64,000 nt of DNA from the human T2T-CHM13v2.0 reference genome, Homo sapiens, in NCBI RefSeq assembly GCF_009914755.1, contig NC_060942.1; one strand, written 5' to 3'. Within the stretch, counting starts at the first letter, position 1. The number at the start of each line of letters is the position of its first letter. Below are positions 1 through 14,104 of this stretch, one piece after another. The notes beneath the pieces were generated by a model. It was given only the letters and a program-made list of their open reading frames with translations. It ran no database searches and had not been told where the DNA came from. The position numbers were made by a program, and so were the translations under genes.

Positions 1-799
1 ACCCATACCCATTTCTTCTCTGCATCACAGGTGGCCCCTTCCAAAGCAATCCTCTCTTTCCTGATTGGGCCTCACTCTCCACATTTTGAATTCTATGGTC
101 CCCTAGTTCTGTAGCCTCACATCACACAAGTGCCAGCTCCACACACAGATAATATAGCTAGATGTTTAATTTTAAAATATCAAGGATGGCCAGTGGCTGC
201 CCCTTCTCTGCCTCCAGGCAGCCAATGCCATGTTTGAATGGCTGTTGGTAGGAATATTCCTCTCCTGACCACGTTATTTATTGGTTGGAAGTTCCAAGAA
301 GAAAACCAACATTAACAAGGATGCAGGCAGTAAGAGGAAGCCACCGTATTTTGCATCACTAGAAGGTTCTGAGGATGCACTGAATTTGGCAGCTCCCGTG
401 ATGAGACGGGGGCCACCATCCCTCTCTCCATCTGTCCTGCTTCCTCAGAGTGTATTCCAGGTTTGGCAGGGTTCTCTCATGGCCCACTGCTGCCAGCAGC
501 CCTGGGTGCCTTGTTCATACTCGGTCTTCAAATAAAACCTTGGGGCTCCCCTCAGAGGGGATCAGCTCAGGCTGTGTGGCCATCACCCAACCAAGAATGG
601 CAGTGTGAGAAGGGATGGAGCTAGCCTGGTCACAACAGGAGTTCCGTGAGCCCTCCCGGCATGGGGGCAGCTTTCTTGGAAGGTCGGACTCACAGTCACA
701 CATGGACACTCAGGTGAAAGTGATTTTTGTCGCTGCTTGTGCAGAGATGCCGTATATCATGACACTCAGGGGCCCGTGTGAGGGCCGGGCCTCCTGGGC

Positions 800-970
800 T
801 CAGCCTCTGCAACTTGCTGGCTGTGTGTTCCTCAGTGTCTTCCCAGTAGATGGTGATGGTCACCGTTCTGCCCATATCCCAGGCATTGTCCTGAGGATGA
901 AATGAGAGTCTGTGTGAGATTCTTCAGAAGTGCCTGGCACAGAGTGAAAACTGAATAAGCATTTGCTATG
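800..970 (+). mobile_element. MIR SINE fragment
   Basis: Degenerate MIR core and 3' end: ctgaggatgaaatgaga...gtgcctggcacagag...tgaataagcatttgcta. Boundaries approximate. Confidence 0.65.
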
Positions 971-2689
971 TATCTATGTATTTTCTATTTTTAAAGAAAG
1001 TAAACATTATTAGTTTCAAGAGCCCAGAGGAATCACAACTAGGCTAACAAATTATAGCTGAACAGAGGACATAGGGGAAGGGCTCCATTATTTATAAAAA
1101 TGAAGAGTAAAAACAATAATGACTTTTCATGACCTAGTGGGTAATTACATGAGCACCAGAGGGCATTTAAAAAGCTTTTTCCCTTAAGTAGTTTGAACAT
1201 TCTCTTTGAAACATGAATACTATGCACAGGATTCAGAACTGGTGACATCTGAAAAGACGCGAGCTTGAAGGGAAAGAGGAAAGTGGATGCTGTTAGTTCC
1301 TGACAGCTGGGGCTTGTCCTCTCGGTCAGAGCCACCTGGCAACACAGAGAGGGAGCCCACTTCCCCTGAGCCGGGATGTAGATGGGACCTGTTGATGTCA
1401 ACTGCCAATAGCATGGAAGAGAGCGTGCAGGAACAGGAGAGAGAACGCACAGGTTTTCCTCCCTTTTCCTGTGCAGACCTGCTCCAGGGTCATACAACAT
1501 CGAGTGCCAACCAGACAAGGTTCACCCCGTGGATGAAAAAAGAGCTACAGTTTGAAAACCTAGTGGGAAATCTAACTGACTCATCCCTGCCTTCCCAAGT
1601 ATGTTCTGGGCCTGTTGTACCCGCAAATACCTCTGCCGTCCTGCAGATGGGCCTGAGTGCTGTAAATTCCCATGGGGTGGGGAGACATGACTGGTGCTCC
1701 CGCAGTGGTAATGCCACTGTAGGCAACTGAGAGTGACACACAGTTAATTCCTCAGCTCATTCACTTCAGGTCCTGAAACAGTCACCAGGTGACCCTTCTG
1801 CAAATTGGAGCAGCTTCATAAGCAGAGGAGAGAAGAAGCTTGACGACACCCAGGACGGATGCCCTGCTGAGCCTGGGCATCAGTGCTGGCTCTGCCCACT
1901 TCCTGCCCAGACTCCTGTGCTGTTTGGAGAAAACTGGGCAGGAGGTGGGAGAGGTCTTTGGCATAAGAGTGTTTGGTAGCTGAATAGCCTACTCATAAAC
2001 GATCAGCCATTAGCCATAACTGTCTTTCAAACGTTATGTTATTCAAGCACTGCCTACTTATGGCTAAAAGTTAGAAAATGTAGAAAAACATTTTTAAACA
2101 TAAAAAGCTCCAAATTATACTACTGAGAAACAATTATCTGAGCGTGGTATGAACTTTCACTTTTCACTCTTTTATTTATAAAACTAGAATCATGCTATAA
2201 TTTTTTTGTAACTTGCTTTTCCACTTGGCAGAATATCGTAAGCATCCTCCCAAGTCAACGAATGGGTATCGATGTCCTTGATAAAAGTAACCATATTCTC
2301 TTTTTGGACTGGCTGGTTGGTTTCCATTCATTTTGCTGTGGAGCCCACTTCTAATGTGTGAGTTTAGAACTGGAAAGTCCTGGGTCTCTCATATTGCTGG
2401 TCCCTCCTTCCTTTTTCTGGTTTCATGGTGTTCTGAACGTATGCTAGACGGCGCTGGTTTGCAGAGCCACACCTGGAAAACCAGACAGAAAACAGACCTC
2501 TGTGTGCAGCCCCAGTCTCCACTGTCCCCTGGGAGAAAGAGTTCTCAGAACAGGAGGCATTTGCACACAGAGGTCCTCAGTGGGATGGGAATCAGACCTG
2601 CTGGTGTGTGTCTGGGAAGAGCTTGGAAAGATGTCAGGGGTTTACAGATCTGAGATGGTCTTAGGAGGGGAAGTGCACAGGCTGGGTGT

Positions 2690-2830
2690 CAGGCCCTGCT
2701 GCCAACTCCCCCTTTGATTTGTCACTTCCTCTCAAGTGAGTCACTTGCTCTCTTTAAGGCCAATTTTCCTCATCTGTAAAGTAAAATAGAATGTCGTGGG
2801 TATTAAATAAGAATTTGCATGTGAAATCAC
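2690..2830 (+). mobile_element. MIR SINE fragment
   Basis: MIR core motif tttcctcatctgtaaa followed by gtgggtattaaataaga. Confidence 0.6.
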
Positions 2831-2860
2831 AATAAAAATGTGAAGAACCTGATAGAATTA

Positions 2861-3190
<330 letters not shown>

Positions 3191-3420
3191 AAGTCTAGAG
3201 CTGTGCTATTTAATCTACTGGAGGCCCAGGTGAAACACACACTCTACACAGATAAATGCAGTCATGGTAATTTTGGCAATAATTATGAAATGCATATTGC
3301 TAGGTTGATCAATTAACTTGAATGAAATACCAGTGGGCTGACAGAGTAAGCTCAGCCCACATTCTAGGAGAATAGACCTGTTTCTTGCTTTCAGCAAAGC
3401 CAATGTACAAAAGTTCATAA

Positions 3421-3579
3421 TTAGCCAGGCGTGGTGACTCACACCTGTGGTCCCAGCTACTCGGGAGGCTGAGTTGAGAGGATTGCTTGAGCCCAGGAGG
3501 TTGAGGCTTCAGTGAGCTGTGATAGCACCACTGCATTGCAGCCTGGGTGACAGAGTGAGATCCAGTCTCTAAAAAAAAA
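3421..3579 (+). mobile_element. Alu right monomer (FRAM/AluJ-type)
   Basis: J-type ggattgcttgagcccaggagg; short A tail; flanks aaaagttcata / aaaatgttcata resemble a TSD. Confidence 0.9.
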
Positions 3580-3968
3580 TGTTCATATTTACCAAGAGGA
3601 TTTAAAAACTGTGAGATTTCTTTGAAGTGCAAGGTCCCCTGGTTCATTTTAAGTGAGTGTTTATAATTCCCACCTGCCTTTATAAAATCACAGATATCAG
3701 GTATTTGGCTCAGAAGGCCCAGTGACTTGTCACATGCCATCGTATGCAGGACAGAAGATAGGCACTCTGTGAGGAGTGAGGGCGGTGGAGAAGCTGTGTG
3801 TCATCTGTTGCAGTGTATATTTGCATCAGAATGTGGGGTGTGCCTGTCTTCCAGCAAAGGCAGGGTTAATTCCTGAGGAGATGGTCCACAGCTTCCACTT
3901 TTTATTTCTAGTGTTTACAGGCTTTCACTAGAAAGGACTTGTGGGGACTTTAAGAGGAGCTCTACTGA

Positions 3969-4308
<340 letters not shown>

Positions 4309-4822
4309 TACATTGACTTTAAATTTGATGATCTAAATCAGGAAATGAGACAGAAATGTAATCATCAAGTCAGCAGAAAAATAGTAGTTAAACCTGGTTA
4401 AGTGAGAGGTGTGTGCCCCCATTTTTCCTTGGGAAACATCAAAGAAAGTACCCACAGGCTCACCTCCCATCTTTGTATTATGTTTGTAGTACATCAATTG
4501 CATTTGCACGGTTCTAACTTTTCCAACTAGAACACACAGCAACAATAACAACAATTAGCTCCTTAAGGTTACATCCTGGAAATCATAAGAGGTAATTTGA
4601 AAGTGGTCTTGATTCTTCTGCTTGCTTGAGTAACTCAGGCAACTTGTTTAGGTAACCGGAATTACGACTTGAAAAAGCTGATTTAATGCCACCAAAAAAA
4701 TCTATTCAAGTAGACAATACGTTCACAGGGCTTCGTATCATTAATATATTCACAGAGCATTTCCCCTTGAAAAAACTATAGGGTGTGATATGCATATTAG
4801 TGAGTATTATCATATGGGACAA

Positions 4823-5293
4823 TGTATCAGTCAGGGTTCTCTAGAGAAACAGAACCAATAGAAGATAGCTATCTGTCTGTCTCTCTGTATCTATCTATCA
4901 TTTAATCTATGTCTATCTGTCTTTCCCTATCTCTCTATCTCTCTGTCTCTATCTATCTATCTATCCATCTATCTGTCTATCTATCGTCTATCTATCTATC
5001 AAGAGATTTATTTCAAGACATTTGTTCACATGATTGTAGGGCTGGTAATTCTGAAATCCAAGGGGCAGGTAGGCATCCTGGAAAGTGGATCAGGAGCTGA
5101 TGCTCAGTCTTGAAGCAGACCTTCCTCTTCTCCAAGAGTATATGACCTCACCTACTTTTTTACTTAAAGTCACCTGATGATAGATATGAACCACATCTAC
5201 AAAATATCTTTGCAGCAACCTTAGATTAGCATTTACTTGAGTAACTGGGTCCTGTAACCTAGCCAATTTCAAACATGAAATCTATTCATCACA
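4823..5293 (-). mobile_element. MLT2 (ERVL) solo LTR, MLT2C/D-like
   Basis: Starts tgtatcagtcagggttctctagagaaacagaaccaata (reverse complement of the MLT2 3' end) and ends ...catcaca. Confidence 0.8.
4870..5000. repeat. Imperfect (TCTA/TCTG)n microsatellite inside MLT2
   Basis: Direct reading of tctatctatc/tctgtc runs. Confidence 0.9.
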
Positions 5294-6569
5294 GAAGGCA
5301 TTGACAAAGTTTCATAAGAACATTTGGGAATTTGTGCAGTCTTTGTTTGTATGGACATAAAATGGTTTTAGACCATCTCATGGATTTCTTAATACAATGG
5401 ACTAGAATTACACAAGCCCCTTTTCCTCACAGCTCTCAGAATTGCAGTTCAATATACTATTTAGATTTTATTGCTGGGGGACACAGATACACATGTTAAA
5501 ATACATTTTTCATTTGTCTCCTACCCTTTATGAACTTTAAGAAAATAATTGCCTTTAGGATAGAAATCTGGATGCTTTAAAAAAATAGCATTTGGTAGAG
5601 TTGAGAGATAAAGTGCTTGAAAAGGCCGCCGAGATGTGTGTGCCTGACACACTGGCTCATAATGGTTTTTCTGTGCTAATGTGTGCCTCTGAACCTCTTT
5701 AAAATGCCAATTTATTCATTTCTTGGAGGGATGCAATCAGTTCTCTGCTGACTATTATGAAAAATAGAGACAGAAGCAAAATTTCAAATGCTGTTCTACA
5801 AAAATTATTTAATCATTTCTGGCCTATTGTGGAAATTCATGCGAGCTATTGAGTTGACGTGCAGCTCTGCAGACCAGCTTTGGCAGATGCAATCACAGCC
5901 AGTTTTATGAAAAATTCTGTTTATTCATCCATGCAATACTTTCATGACAACAAAAGTGCAGCTGAACTCTGCCTTATACAATGGCAGAAAACTGTTTGAA
6001 CTTAGAGGCATTGGAAAGGCTCCACCTGCCTTTCAAATGGAAAATAATATCAATTTTCTACTGGCTGAAGATGGACAGTTTAACATTCTAACACTATGAC
6101 TTTATTTTAAAATTTTGATTCATGATACAATGCAAATAGCACTGGGAGTGGTAAATGAAATGGAAACTATGAGCTAGTTTCATTTGAATGAGTGAATTTT
6201 GGATCTTCCCTGATCTGATTTCACTAGGGTGGAGGAAAGATCAGAAGTGAACCAAGCTCCTGGTGGGTGTGTTGGCAAGGAGGTGGGCTTCACTGGGAGA
6301 TCAAACACACTGCACACCATTTTTATTCTTACCTCACACTTTTATCTGGAACAGACCTGATTGCAAATGTTTTTCAAAATCTAAAAACAAAGGTTTCAGT
6401 TTCATTTATATAGCATAAAGTGCGAATAATTCCAAGAATAATTACAGGACGTGCAAAGGTCCGGAAGTAAGGGAGAATGTTTAGTGAGGAGAGGAGGATT
6501 ATGAAATAAGATAGTCTGTGAGAGGTTAGGAGGGGAGAGATTAGGAGAGCAGAGGTTAGGAGAGGGAAG

Positions 6570-6680
6570 ATGGTTAAGGCTGAGAACTCTGAGATTTACA
6601 CTGAGGACAAGGGCGAGCCATTAAAAAGTTGTAAAGTCGTAAGTGGGCGAGTATGACGAGATCGTATTTGCAAGAAAGTA
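6570..6680 (-). mobile_element. L2 LINE fragment
   Basis: Resembles the L2 segment ggg.agccatt...ttt.aag...tgac.tgatc..atttgca. Confidence 0.5.
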
Positions 6681-7269
6681 TGCAATACATTTTAAATACT
6701 TACATAAAACTATTGAAGCAAAAACCAACTTCTGGAATAATCCCCTCGGGTACCTTGGGTCTTGCAGCAGATGTCGGTTGATTTGCATGCGATGCTTGAG
6801 TTCCCTTCTCACCTGCCTCACCATCCATCACACCTGGAATATAGCGGTGTCTGAGCTTGCTGACCTTAGCCAGAAGGTGGGAGAGGCGGGGCACTGACCC
6901 AGGTGTAGGGCACCCAACGTCTAGGTGGAGCTGCGTTCCCTTTGTCTCTCCCCTTTGACGGCAGTCGCATGATGAAGGGCTCTGGTGATGAAGGGTGCTG
7001 TATGGAGGTAGCACCACACTGGAGCCACCCCCAGTGAAAGTAGAAATTAAGAACCGGCAGAGAAAGCCGCTCTGCAGAGAGAAGAGAAGCGCAGATGAGA
7101 GAGATTCAGGTGTCTTGGCGAGGGAAGGAACTGATGCCTGACTCAGAGTGAGGGAAAACAGACACAAACTGTCTAGAAATATTCAGTGCCCGTGGGGTCC
7201 AGCTCTGCCACAGAATATGTTTGTATGTATTACCTCTCGATGTGTTCAGGAACCCAGCGGCACTGGAGC

Positions 7270-7291
7270 TAATTTGCATGTAATTTGCATG
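7270..7291. promoter_or_regulatory. Tandem POU octamer doublet (TAATTTGCATG)x2, candidate enhancer core
   Basis: Exact ATTTGCAT at 7272-7279 and 7283-7290; function not shown. Confidence 0.4.
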
Positions 7292-8214
7292 CTTCTGATT
7301 CTTCCTTCGCCGCCATCCTTCACAAGTCAGAAATGGCCTGGAGAGCAGTTCCGCACGGGATAGGGAGTGTTTAACAAAGGAAGGACGGGGAAGTGTTTTT
7401 TTCTAACCAGGCCCACTACGAGGTTACAGTATTATTTAGAATTTCTTATTAATCTTTTAAATTTATTTATACTTCTCTTTCTTCATTTTTATTTTAATAG
7501 AGTAGGTCTAAGAGAGCCTTAATTTTGTGTAGCAGGCATTAATAAATATTTGTTGGCTGAATGAATATATTTTATTGCGCCTTAATTTAGTAATTTTATA
7601 TTTTGAAAAGGATTTGAAAGAATGTTTGCCTACAGTAACAGAATTTGGAATATACATAGAGAAATCATAAAAAGCTGGAATCACGCAAAAAGTCGTATAT
7701 CATAAAATATTCCGAATATTTGAGAGTAATGTGAAAGCATGGGGAATGTTTTGTGGTTAGTTATGTTTTTAAAATCCTTTTGAGTTTCATCCTGTCGTTA
7801 TGAGAAATAACCTGGAAGATAGTATCTTAGTCATTTATTTCATTGACAGTGGGGAGTCTAATAAACAGTGGAGGAACTAAGTAAGACTTTTCCCCTGTCA
7901 ATGATTTATGTGTTTATACAGGGGGAGATTAAAGTAACTGAATATGAAAAAAAATGTAAAAATTATCGATATTACCTTTAGCTACCTGTGGAGATCATGT
8001 ACATATTCAAAAAGTTGTGAAACTATCTAAACCATTTTTTATAACTCACCATTTGGAAAGCCTGCCTACACTGCTGCCTGGGTTCTAGAACACCCCAGAA
8101 AACAGTGCTGGCTGAGTGTGTGCAGGCCAAGAGCTTGCTCCGTGCCCTGGGCTCTCAGATCTCAAGCCCGATCTCTCATCTTCTGTGTGCAGACATAACA
8201 AATGTATCATCAGT

Positions 8215-8260
8215 TCCTTCCAGAAATACATTATGTGTATCCTTCCAGAAATACATTATG
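8215..8260. repeat. Local tandem duplication, 25-bp period
   Basis: TCCTTCCAGAAATACATTATG at 8215-8235 and 8240-8260. Confidence 0.9.
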
Positions 8261-8419
8261 CATAGAGAAGCAAATATGTAGCTAAAACACAGACCTATAC
8301 ATAGGCACTTTCCCCTTTCTCAACCCTTAAGGCACTACATGATATAAAATTTATATACATGAAGTTTGTAAGCTATTCCACATTTTTTTACACTTAATAA
8401 CATATTAGTACTTGAGGAA

Positions 8420-8750
8420 TGCTATGGTCTGAGTGTTTGCATCCCCTCCAAATACATACGTTTCCATTTGAATCCCCAGGGATCTCCTTTGAGAGGCGAT
8501 TAGGCCATGGGGGTGGAGCCATTGCAAATGGGATTCGTGCCCTTATGGAGGAAGCCCCGGAGGGCTGGCTCTCCCCTCCCACCATGTGAAAACACAGCAA
8601 GAAGGCGCCATTTAGGTACCAGAAAGCAGGTCTTTACCAGACACTGATCTGAGACTTCCCAGGCTCCAACATTGTTAGAAATAAATTTCTGTGGTGAAAA
8701 GCCGCCCAGCTTATGGTATTTTGTTGTAGCAACCTGATGGGACTAAGGTA
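8420..8750 (+). mobile_element. MLT1A-type MaLR solo LTR
   Basis: tgctatggtctga start; agaaataaatttctg poly(A) region; ends gggactaaggta. Confidence 0.8.
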
Positions 8751-9910
8751 GGAAACATACTCACTTCTAAACATTTGTATAGAATTTTATTTTATGAATG
8801 TGATATAATTTATTTACCCAGAGTAAATAAATACTCGGATACTAAATATCTGAATTAGTGAGAGATATTTAGGTTATTTCTGATGTTTATAACAAATAAT
8901 GATGTAAAGAAATACCTCACACCACATCACTTAACACACATGTAAATGTATTTGTAGAGGTAGTTGCTGGGTCAAAGGTTATACATATTATATTGATAAT
9001 TAATGCCAAATTGCCCTCCTAAGAATCTGTCCCACTGTGTGTTGTCAAATTTTTCAGACTTGCTGATCTGAGAGGTGATAAGTTATCTTGGTACAGTTTT
9101 CATAATGAGTGAGGTTGAGCTTCTTTTCACACTATTAGTTCTTTCCATGTGAACTTTCTGTTCACTGCCTTTAACCATTTCTGCTTGAGTCTGTTGTTCT
9201 TCTTAATGCTTTGTAAATTTTTCTATGGATTAGGGAAGTTGGCCATTTGTGGCATGAGTTGAACAGGATGGTTCTCAGTTTGTCTTTTCACATTGCTTGT
9301 GGGAGATCTTACTCTTTTCTCAAATATTCAAATTTTTCAGTTGTGGTGTCTGATCTCATGACTGTCGCGGATAGTGGTGAATATCCATCTTTTGAGAAAC
9401 AAGCAGAACAGATGAGATGTTGATGTTGTTTTGAACTAAAAAGAATATGGCTTCATCTTTAGCTGTGTTTGAAGACAATTCCCAAAGAGGAGCATTGACA
9501 TGTGTTGAGCAATATCTTCAGCATGTAACTTCACGAGTCAATGGCGACAACTCCCCAGGATGACAATGGGGAGTGGCCATGCCCTTTTGTGCATATAAGC
9601 GATTGTATCTGTTAAAGTATTCTGCTGAATTAGCAGTCATGCAAAAGATCAGCAGGTACTCTCCACTGCGCAGAAGTGGGCTTGGCAGAGACACGAGTGT
9701 CTCGGGCAGAGGAAGTGGGTGCTGTGAGATGGGGTGGTACGGGGTGAGAAGGAACAGGGAAGGGGCTGGCCCCCTGTCCCAGGGCCACGAGGGGCTTTGA
9801 AGAGTTCAGGAGTGCTCTTTAAGGCAAGAGCAACAGGCTCTGTTGTAAACTTTATTTACACATTAAATAGAATAAATTTTATTTATTATTAGTTGAGGTC
9901 ATTTGGGCAA

Positions 9911-10366
9911 CGTCGCAGGTTGAATAGCGTCTTCCCAAAGGGTATGTGCGTGTCCCAATTTCTAGTGCACTGTGAACTCGACCTGATTTGGAGGCTGGGT
10001 CTTTCTTTGCAGCTATAATCAAGTTGAGATGATGCCATGCTGGACTGGGCAAGTCCTAAGGCATGAATGGGTGTCCTTGTAAGAAGAGAGGAATTTGGAC
10101 ACAGAGACACAGAGAGAGAGTGTCCTGTGACGGGGCGGAGACGGGAGCGGTGCAGCCGCAAGCCAAGGAGCACCGGCGACTGCCGGGAGGCACTGAGGCC
10201 GGGGAGGCAGGGAACGGATTCTCGCTCACAGCCCGCAAGAAGGGGCCAACCCTGCGACACTTTGGTCTCTGACTTTTGATCTCCTGGATGGTGGCATGAT
10301 ACATTTCTGTTGTTTTCAGTCCCGGTTGCGGTACTTTATAATGGCAGCCCCCAGGAAACAGGTACC
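9911..10366 (+). mobile_element. MLT1C-type MaLR solo LTR
   Basis: ggttgaatag...gtccttgtaagaagagaggaatttggacacagagacaca...caagccaagga...atttctgttgtttt...ggcagccc.aggaaac. Confidence 0.8.
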
Positions 10367-10610
10367 AGCCACAAGCATGAAAAACTGGCTCTGGCTAGCT
10401 CAAGCCAAACAAAACAAGACAGAAATACAAAATCAGAAAACAAGACAGCTTACAGGAACAAATAAGACCTTAGAAGGAAAGAAAGCTGGGAATGGCCTGG
10501 AGTTTGGGATCCACCCTGAGAGAATTCCTGTCCCGTGTTTGGTGAAGCTTCCCTGGCTGCCTGATGGCAAGCAGCTGACAGCGCATGAAGCTGCAGGCAG
10601 TTGTGATATT

Positions 10611-11397
<787 letters not shown>

Positions 11398-11804
11398 GTA
11401 TTAAAAAGTGGAAACGACCGGGCAGCAGGTTGACATTTTGCTTGGTATTGCCGGCTCATGTTTCCGCTTCATGTCATTTGCATGGCGTTGCCGGCTGGGG
11501 GCTGAGGCGTGCAGCCAAGGACAGTGATGGTGGGATGAAGCGAAGAGGCTGGTTTTGGATTTTTTTTTCGGAGGTGTTCAATAGGAGGTGATGGTTGATT
11601 GGGTATAACATCAGGCTGCCTAACTTTGCCTCCCCAGGTAAACAGGCTTAACCATTGTTCAAGTCACAGCAAGCTTCAATTTGATTCTAGTAATTTGACT
11701 CGTAGCCAACCTATACAAATCCATGTCCCATTCTTAGATATATAAAATAATGCTTTGATAACTGAAAGAGGTTTAAGATGATAATTATAAAGATGGACCT
11801 AGTA

Positions 11805-11949
11805 GTTTTCTTTGTTTTAATTATGAAATATTTTGAACATACAGCAATGTAGACAAAATAATATAAGACATCTATGTGTCCCCCACTAAGATGAAATGGA
11901 TGTGAGAGTTTGGTGTATTTGCCTCAGGTCTGTATTCTTTTCTTTCTTT

Positions 11950-12001
<52 letters not shown>

Positions 12002-12550
12002 TCCTTCTTTCTTTTCTCTTTCTTTCTTTCTTTCTTTCTTTTCTTTCTTTCTTTCTTTCTTTCTCTCTCTTTCTTCCTTCCTTCCTTCCTTTCTTTCCTT
12101 CCTTTCTTTTTTTAATAAATAGCAACACTGAAAAAGCTGAAGCTCATTAATTCCTGCTCTCATTCTCTCCTCTGAGAAATAATCACTCTTCTGAAGTAAG
12201 TGAGTACCATGATCAGGCAAGCTTTTGCACTTGTATGATACATGTTTGCTTCTAAAAATATCCCATACTTTGTGCTTTCCAGGTATTCTGTGTGTTTAAA
12301 ACACATAAATTGCATTAGCCTATATGTGCCTTTATGTCACTTGCTTTTTGTTTCACATTTTGCTTTTGAGATGTAGCTGCTATGCACAGGTAGCTCCAGC
12401 TCACCCATCATGACAGCTGTCGTGTATGCTATTACGTGGATAAACCCTAGCGTCTGTCTTCCTCTGCTATGGACAGTCAGGGTTTTTCCACTTTTGAATG
12501 CTAAAGAGTCTGCTGCAGTGAACACTGTAGCTTCTGTCTCCCTTGTTCTC
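11805..12550 (-). mobile_element. Old L1M (L1ME4-like) 3' fragment
   Basis: ttattatgaaatatttt..acataca antisense 3' end; gctgcagtgaaca motif. Confidence 0.55.
11937..12112. repeat. (CTTT)n/(CCTT)n polypyrimidine microsatellite
   Basis: About 175 bp of pure pyrimidine; source of the KERK/FFLS junk ORFs. Confidence 0.97.
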
Positions 12551-12619
12551 TGGGGCTTCTTTATTCATTACTAATTTTACTGATTGCTCACTTAGCTTCT
12601 TCTTTTGAAGCTCAGTGCC

Positions 12620-13060
12620 CATCTTTTTTCCTGACATATGTATTGATGACTACGAGTCTCTTTCCATCCTTGCATTATCCCACATGGATTTCATTTCTGC
12701 TCACTTAAAATAATCATTTTCTTTTTGGCTTTTTCTTTGGCCCTGATTTTGTGTGTGTGTAAAAGTATGTGTTTATATGTGTGATGTCCACATGTACATA
12801 GGGCAGGCTGTAGTTATCTTTTTGTCATAATTTTCTAATTTTATAGCCTCATGGTGGATGTGCTTCATTTGATCCCAATTCTTGGGTATTTGTTGAGAAT
12901 TGCTTTGTGGTCTGCTTTGCAGGTGGTTTTTATAACCGTTCTTAGTGTGCAGGGAAAGAATGTGTGCTTTCAAATTGTGGAATGCAAGGTTCTTTACATT
13001 CTATTACATTAAAACGTCTTAGCTGTGCAGTGTCCATCTTCTTTAGTCATACTAATGTTT
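12620..13060 (-). mobile_element. Ancient L1 ORF2 endonuclease-region remnant
   Basis: ORF 12773-12973 ends HHEAIKLENYDKK, resembling L1 ORF2 DHNAIKLEINNK; gaaagaatgtgtgct motif. Confidence 0.55.
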
Positions 13061-13065
13061 AAACA

Positions 13066-13730
13066 TTTTGTTTAAAATATATTTTGGACATACAGAAAAG
13101 CTGTGAAAATAGTACAGAGATTTCTGGTATACTGGTGACCCAGCTTTCTAATATGAAGGACATACCTAACTGTTGTACAACATGGAAACCAAGGAACTCA
13201 CCTTGGCACCTGCTATGAAGCCCTCCACAGACCTTACTCAGATCCCTTCAGTTGTCCTACTAATGGCCTTTTCTGGGGCAACATCCGGCTTAGGATTAGG
13301 TGAATGAGTTGCCTTGTCTTTTTCTGTCTTCTAATCCAGTGGTCCCCAACCATTTTGGCACCAGGGACAGGTTTTGTGGAAGACAATTTTTCCATGGATG
13401 GGGGTCTGGGGGATGTTTCCAGGATGAAACTGTTCCACCTCAGATCATCAGGCTTTAGGTTCTCATAAGGAGTGCATGACCTAGGTCCCTCACAATAGGG
13501 TCTGGCCTCCTATGAGAATCGAATGCTGCCACTGATCTGATGGGAGGCAGAGCTCAGGTGGTAATGCTCCTTGGCCTGCCACTCAACTCTTGCTGTGTGG
13601 CCTGATTTCTAACAGGCCACGGACCAGGGATTGGGGACCCCTGTTCTTATTTGTGACAGTGTCTGAATCTTTCTTTTTTAAGATCTTCAGGTTTTTGAGG
13701 GCTACTGGCCAGTTATTTTGTAGAATGTTC
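13066..13730 (-). mobile_element. L1MC-type 3' fragment interrupted by MER1B
   Basis: acagaaaag.tg..aaaatagtacagag and tactggccagttattttgtagaatg motifs. Confidence 0.65.
13337..13643 (-). mobile_element. MER1B (hAT-Charlie MITE)
   Basis: TIRs cagtggtccccaacc / ttggggacccctg; internal ttctcataaggag; 8-bp near-TSD ttctaatc / ttcttatt. Confidence 0.9.
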
Positions 13731-13731
13731 A

Positions 13732-14104
13732 TGTGCTGGGCTGAAAGGTGGCCTCCAAAAATCCATGTTCACCTGGAACCTCTGAATGTTACCTTATTTG
13801 GAAATAGGTGTAATTAACCAAGATGAGGTCATCCTGGATTTGGATGGGCCCCAAGGCAATGGCTGGTGTCTTCACACAAAGGGGGAAATGTGGCACATAC
13901 ACACACATAGCTTAGGACACCACGCGCTGACAGAGGCAGAGGTGGGAGCGAGGCTGTCACTAACGAAGGAACGCAGGTACTGCCTGGAGCTGGGGAGGAA
14001 GGACAGGTCCTCCCTCAGAGCCTTCAGAGGGAAGGCGGCCCTTACACCTGACCTCAGACCTCGGGCCTCCAGAACTGTGGGGGAATACATTCCTGTTGTT
14101 TTAT
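13732..14104 (+). mobile_element. MLT1B/C-type MaLR LTR, 3'-truncated
   Basis: gaatgttaccttatttggaaatagg, gagccttcagaggga, ggcctccagaactgtg. Confidence 0.8.

Larger units (their letters stand above)
8190..9350 (-). mobile_element. Old L1M (L1ME-like) 3' fragment, interrupted by MLT1A
   Basis: gttgctgggtcaaagg, tgccaaattgccctcc and tgagtgaggttgagc are typical antisense L1ME motifs. Confidence 0.65.

Noticed and set aside
280-700. Possible very old MLT1-type LTR (similar signal at about 17270-17720)
   Set aside because: Similarity is too weak to call by eye; needs an HMM search.
1039-1741. Overlapping 147-159-aa ORFs in unique sequence
   Set aside because: No recognisable domain or convincing splice framing; lengths are compatible with chance ORFs on both strands.
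6485-6580. GGTTAGG-containing purine-rich stretch as an interstitial telomeric repeat
   Set aside because: No tandem TTAGGG units; only a degenerate GA-rich repeat.
11886-12220. K/E/R-rich and F/L/S-rich ORFs
   Set aside because: They are translations of the (CTTT)n microsatellite.
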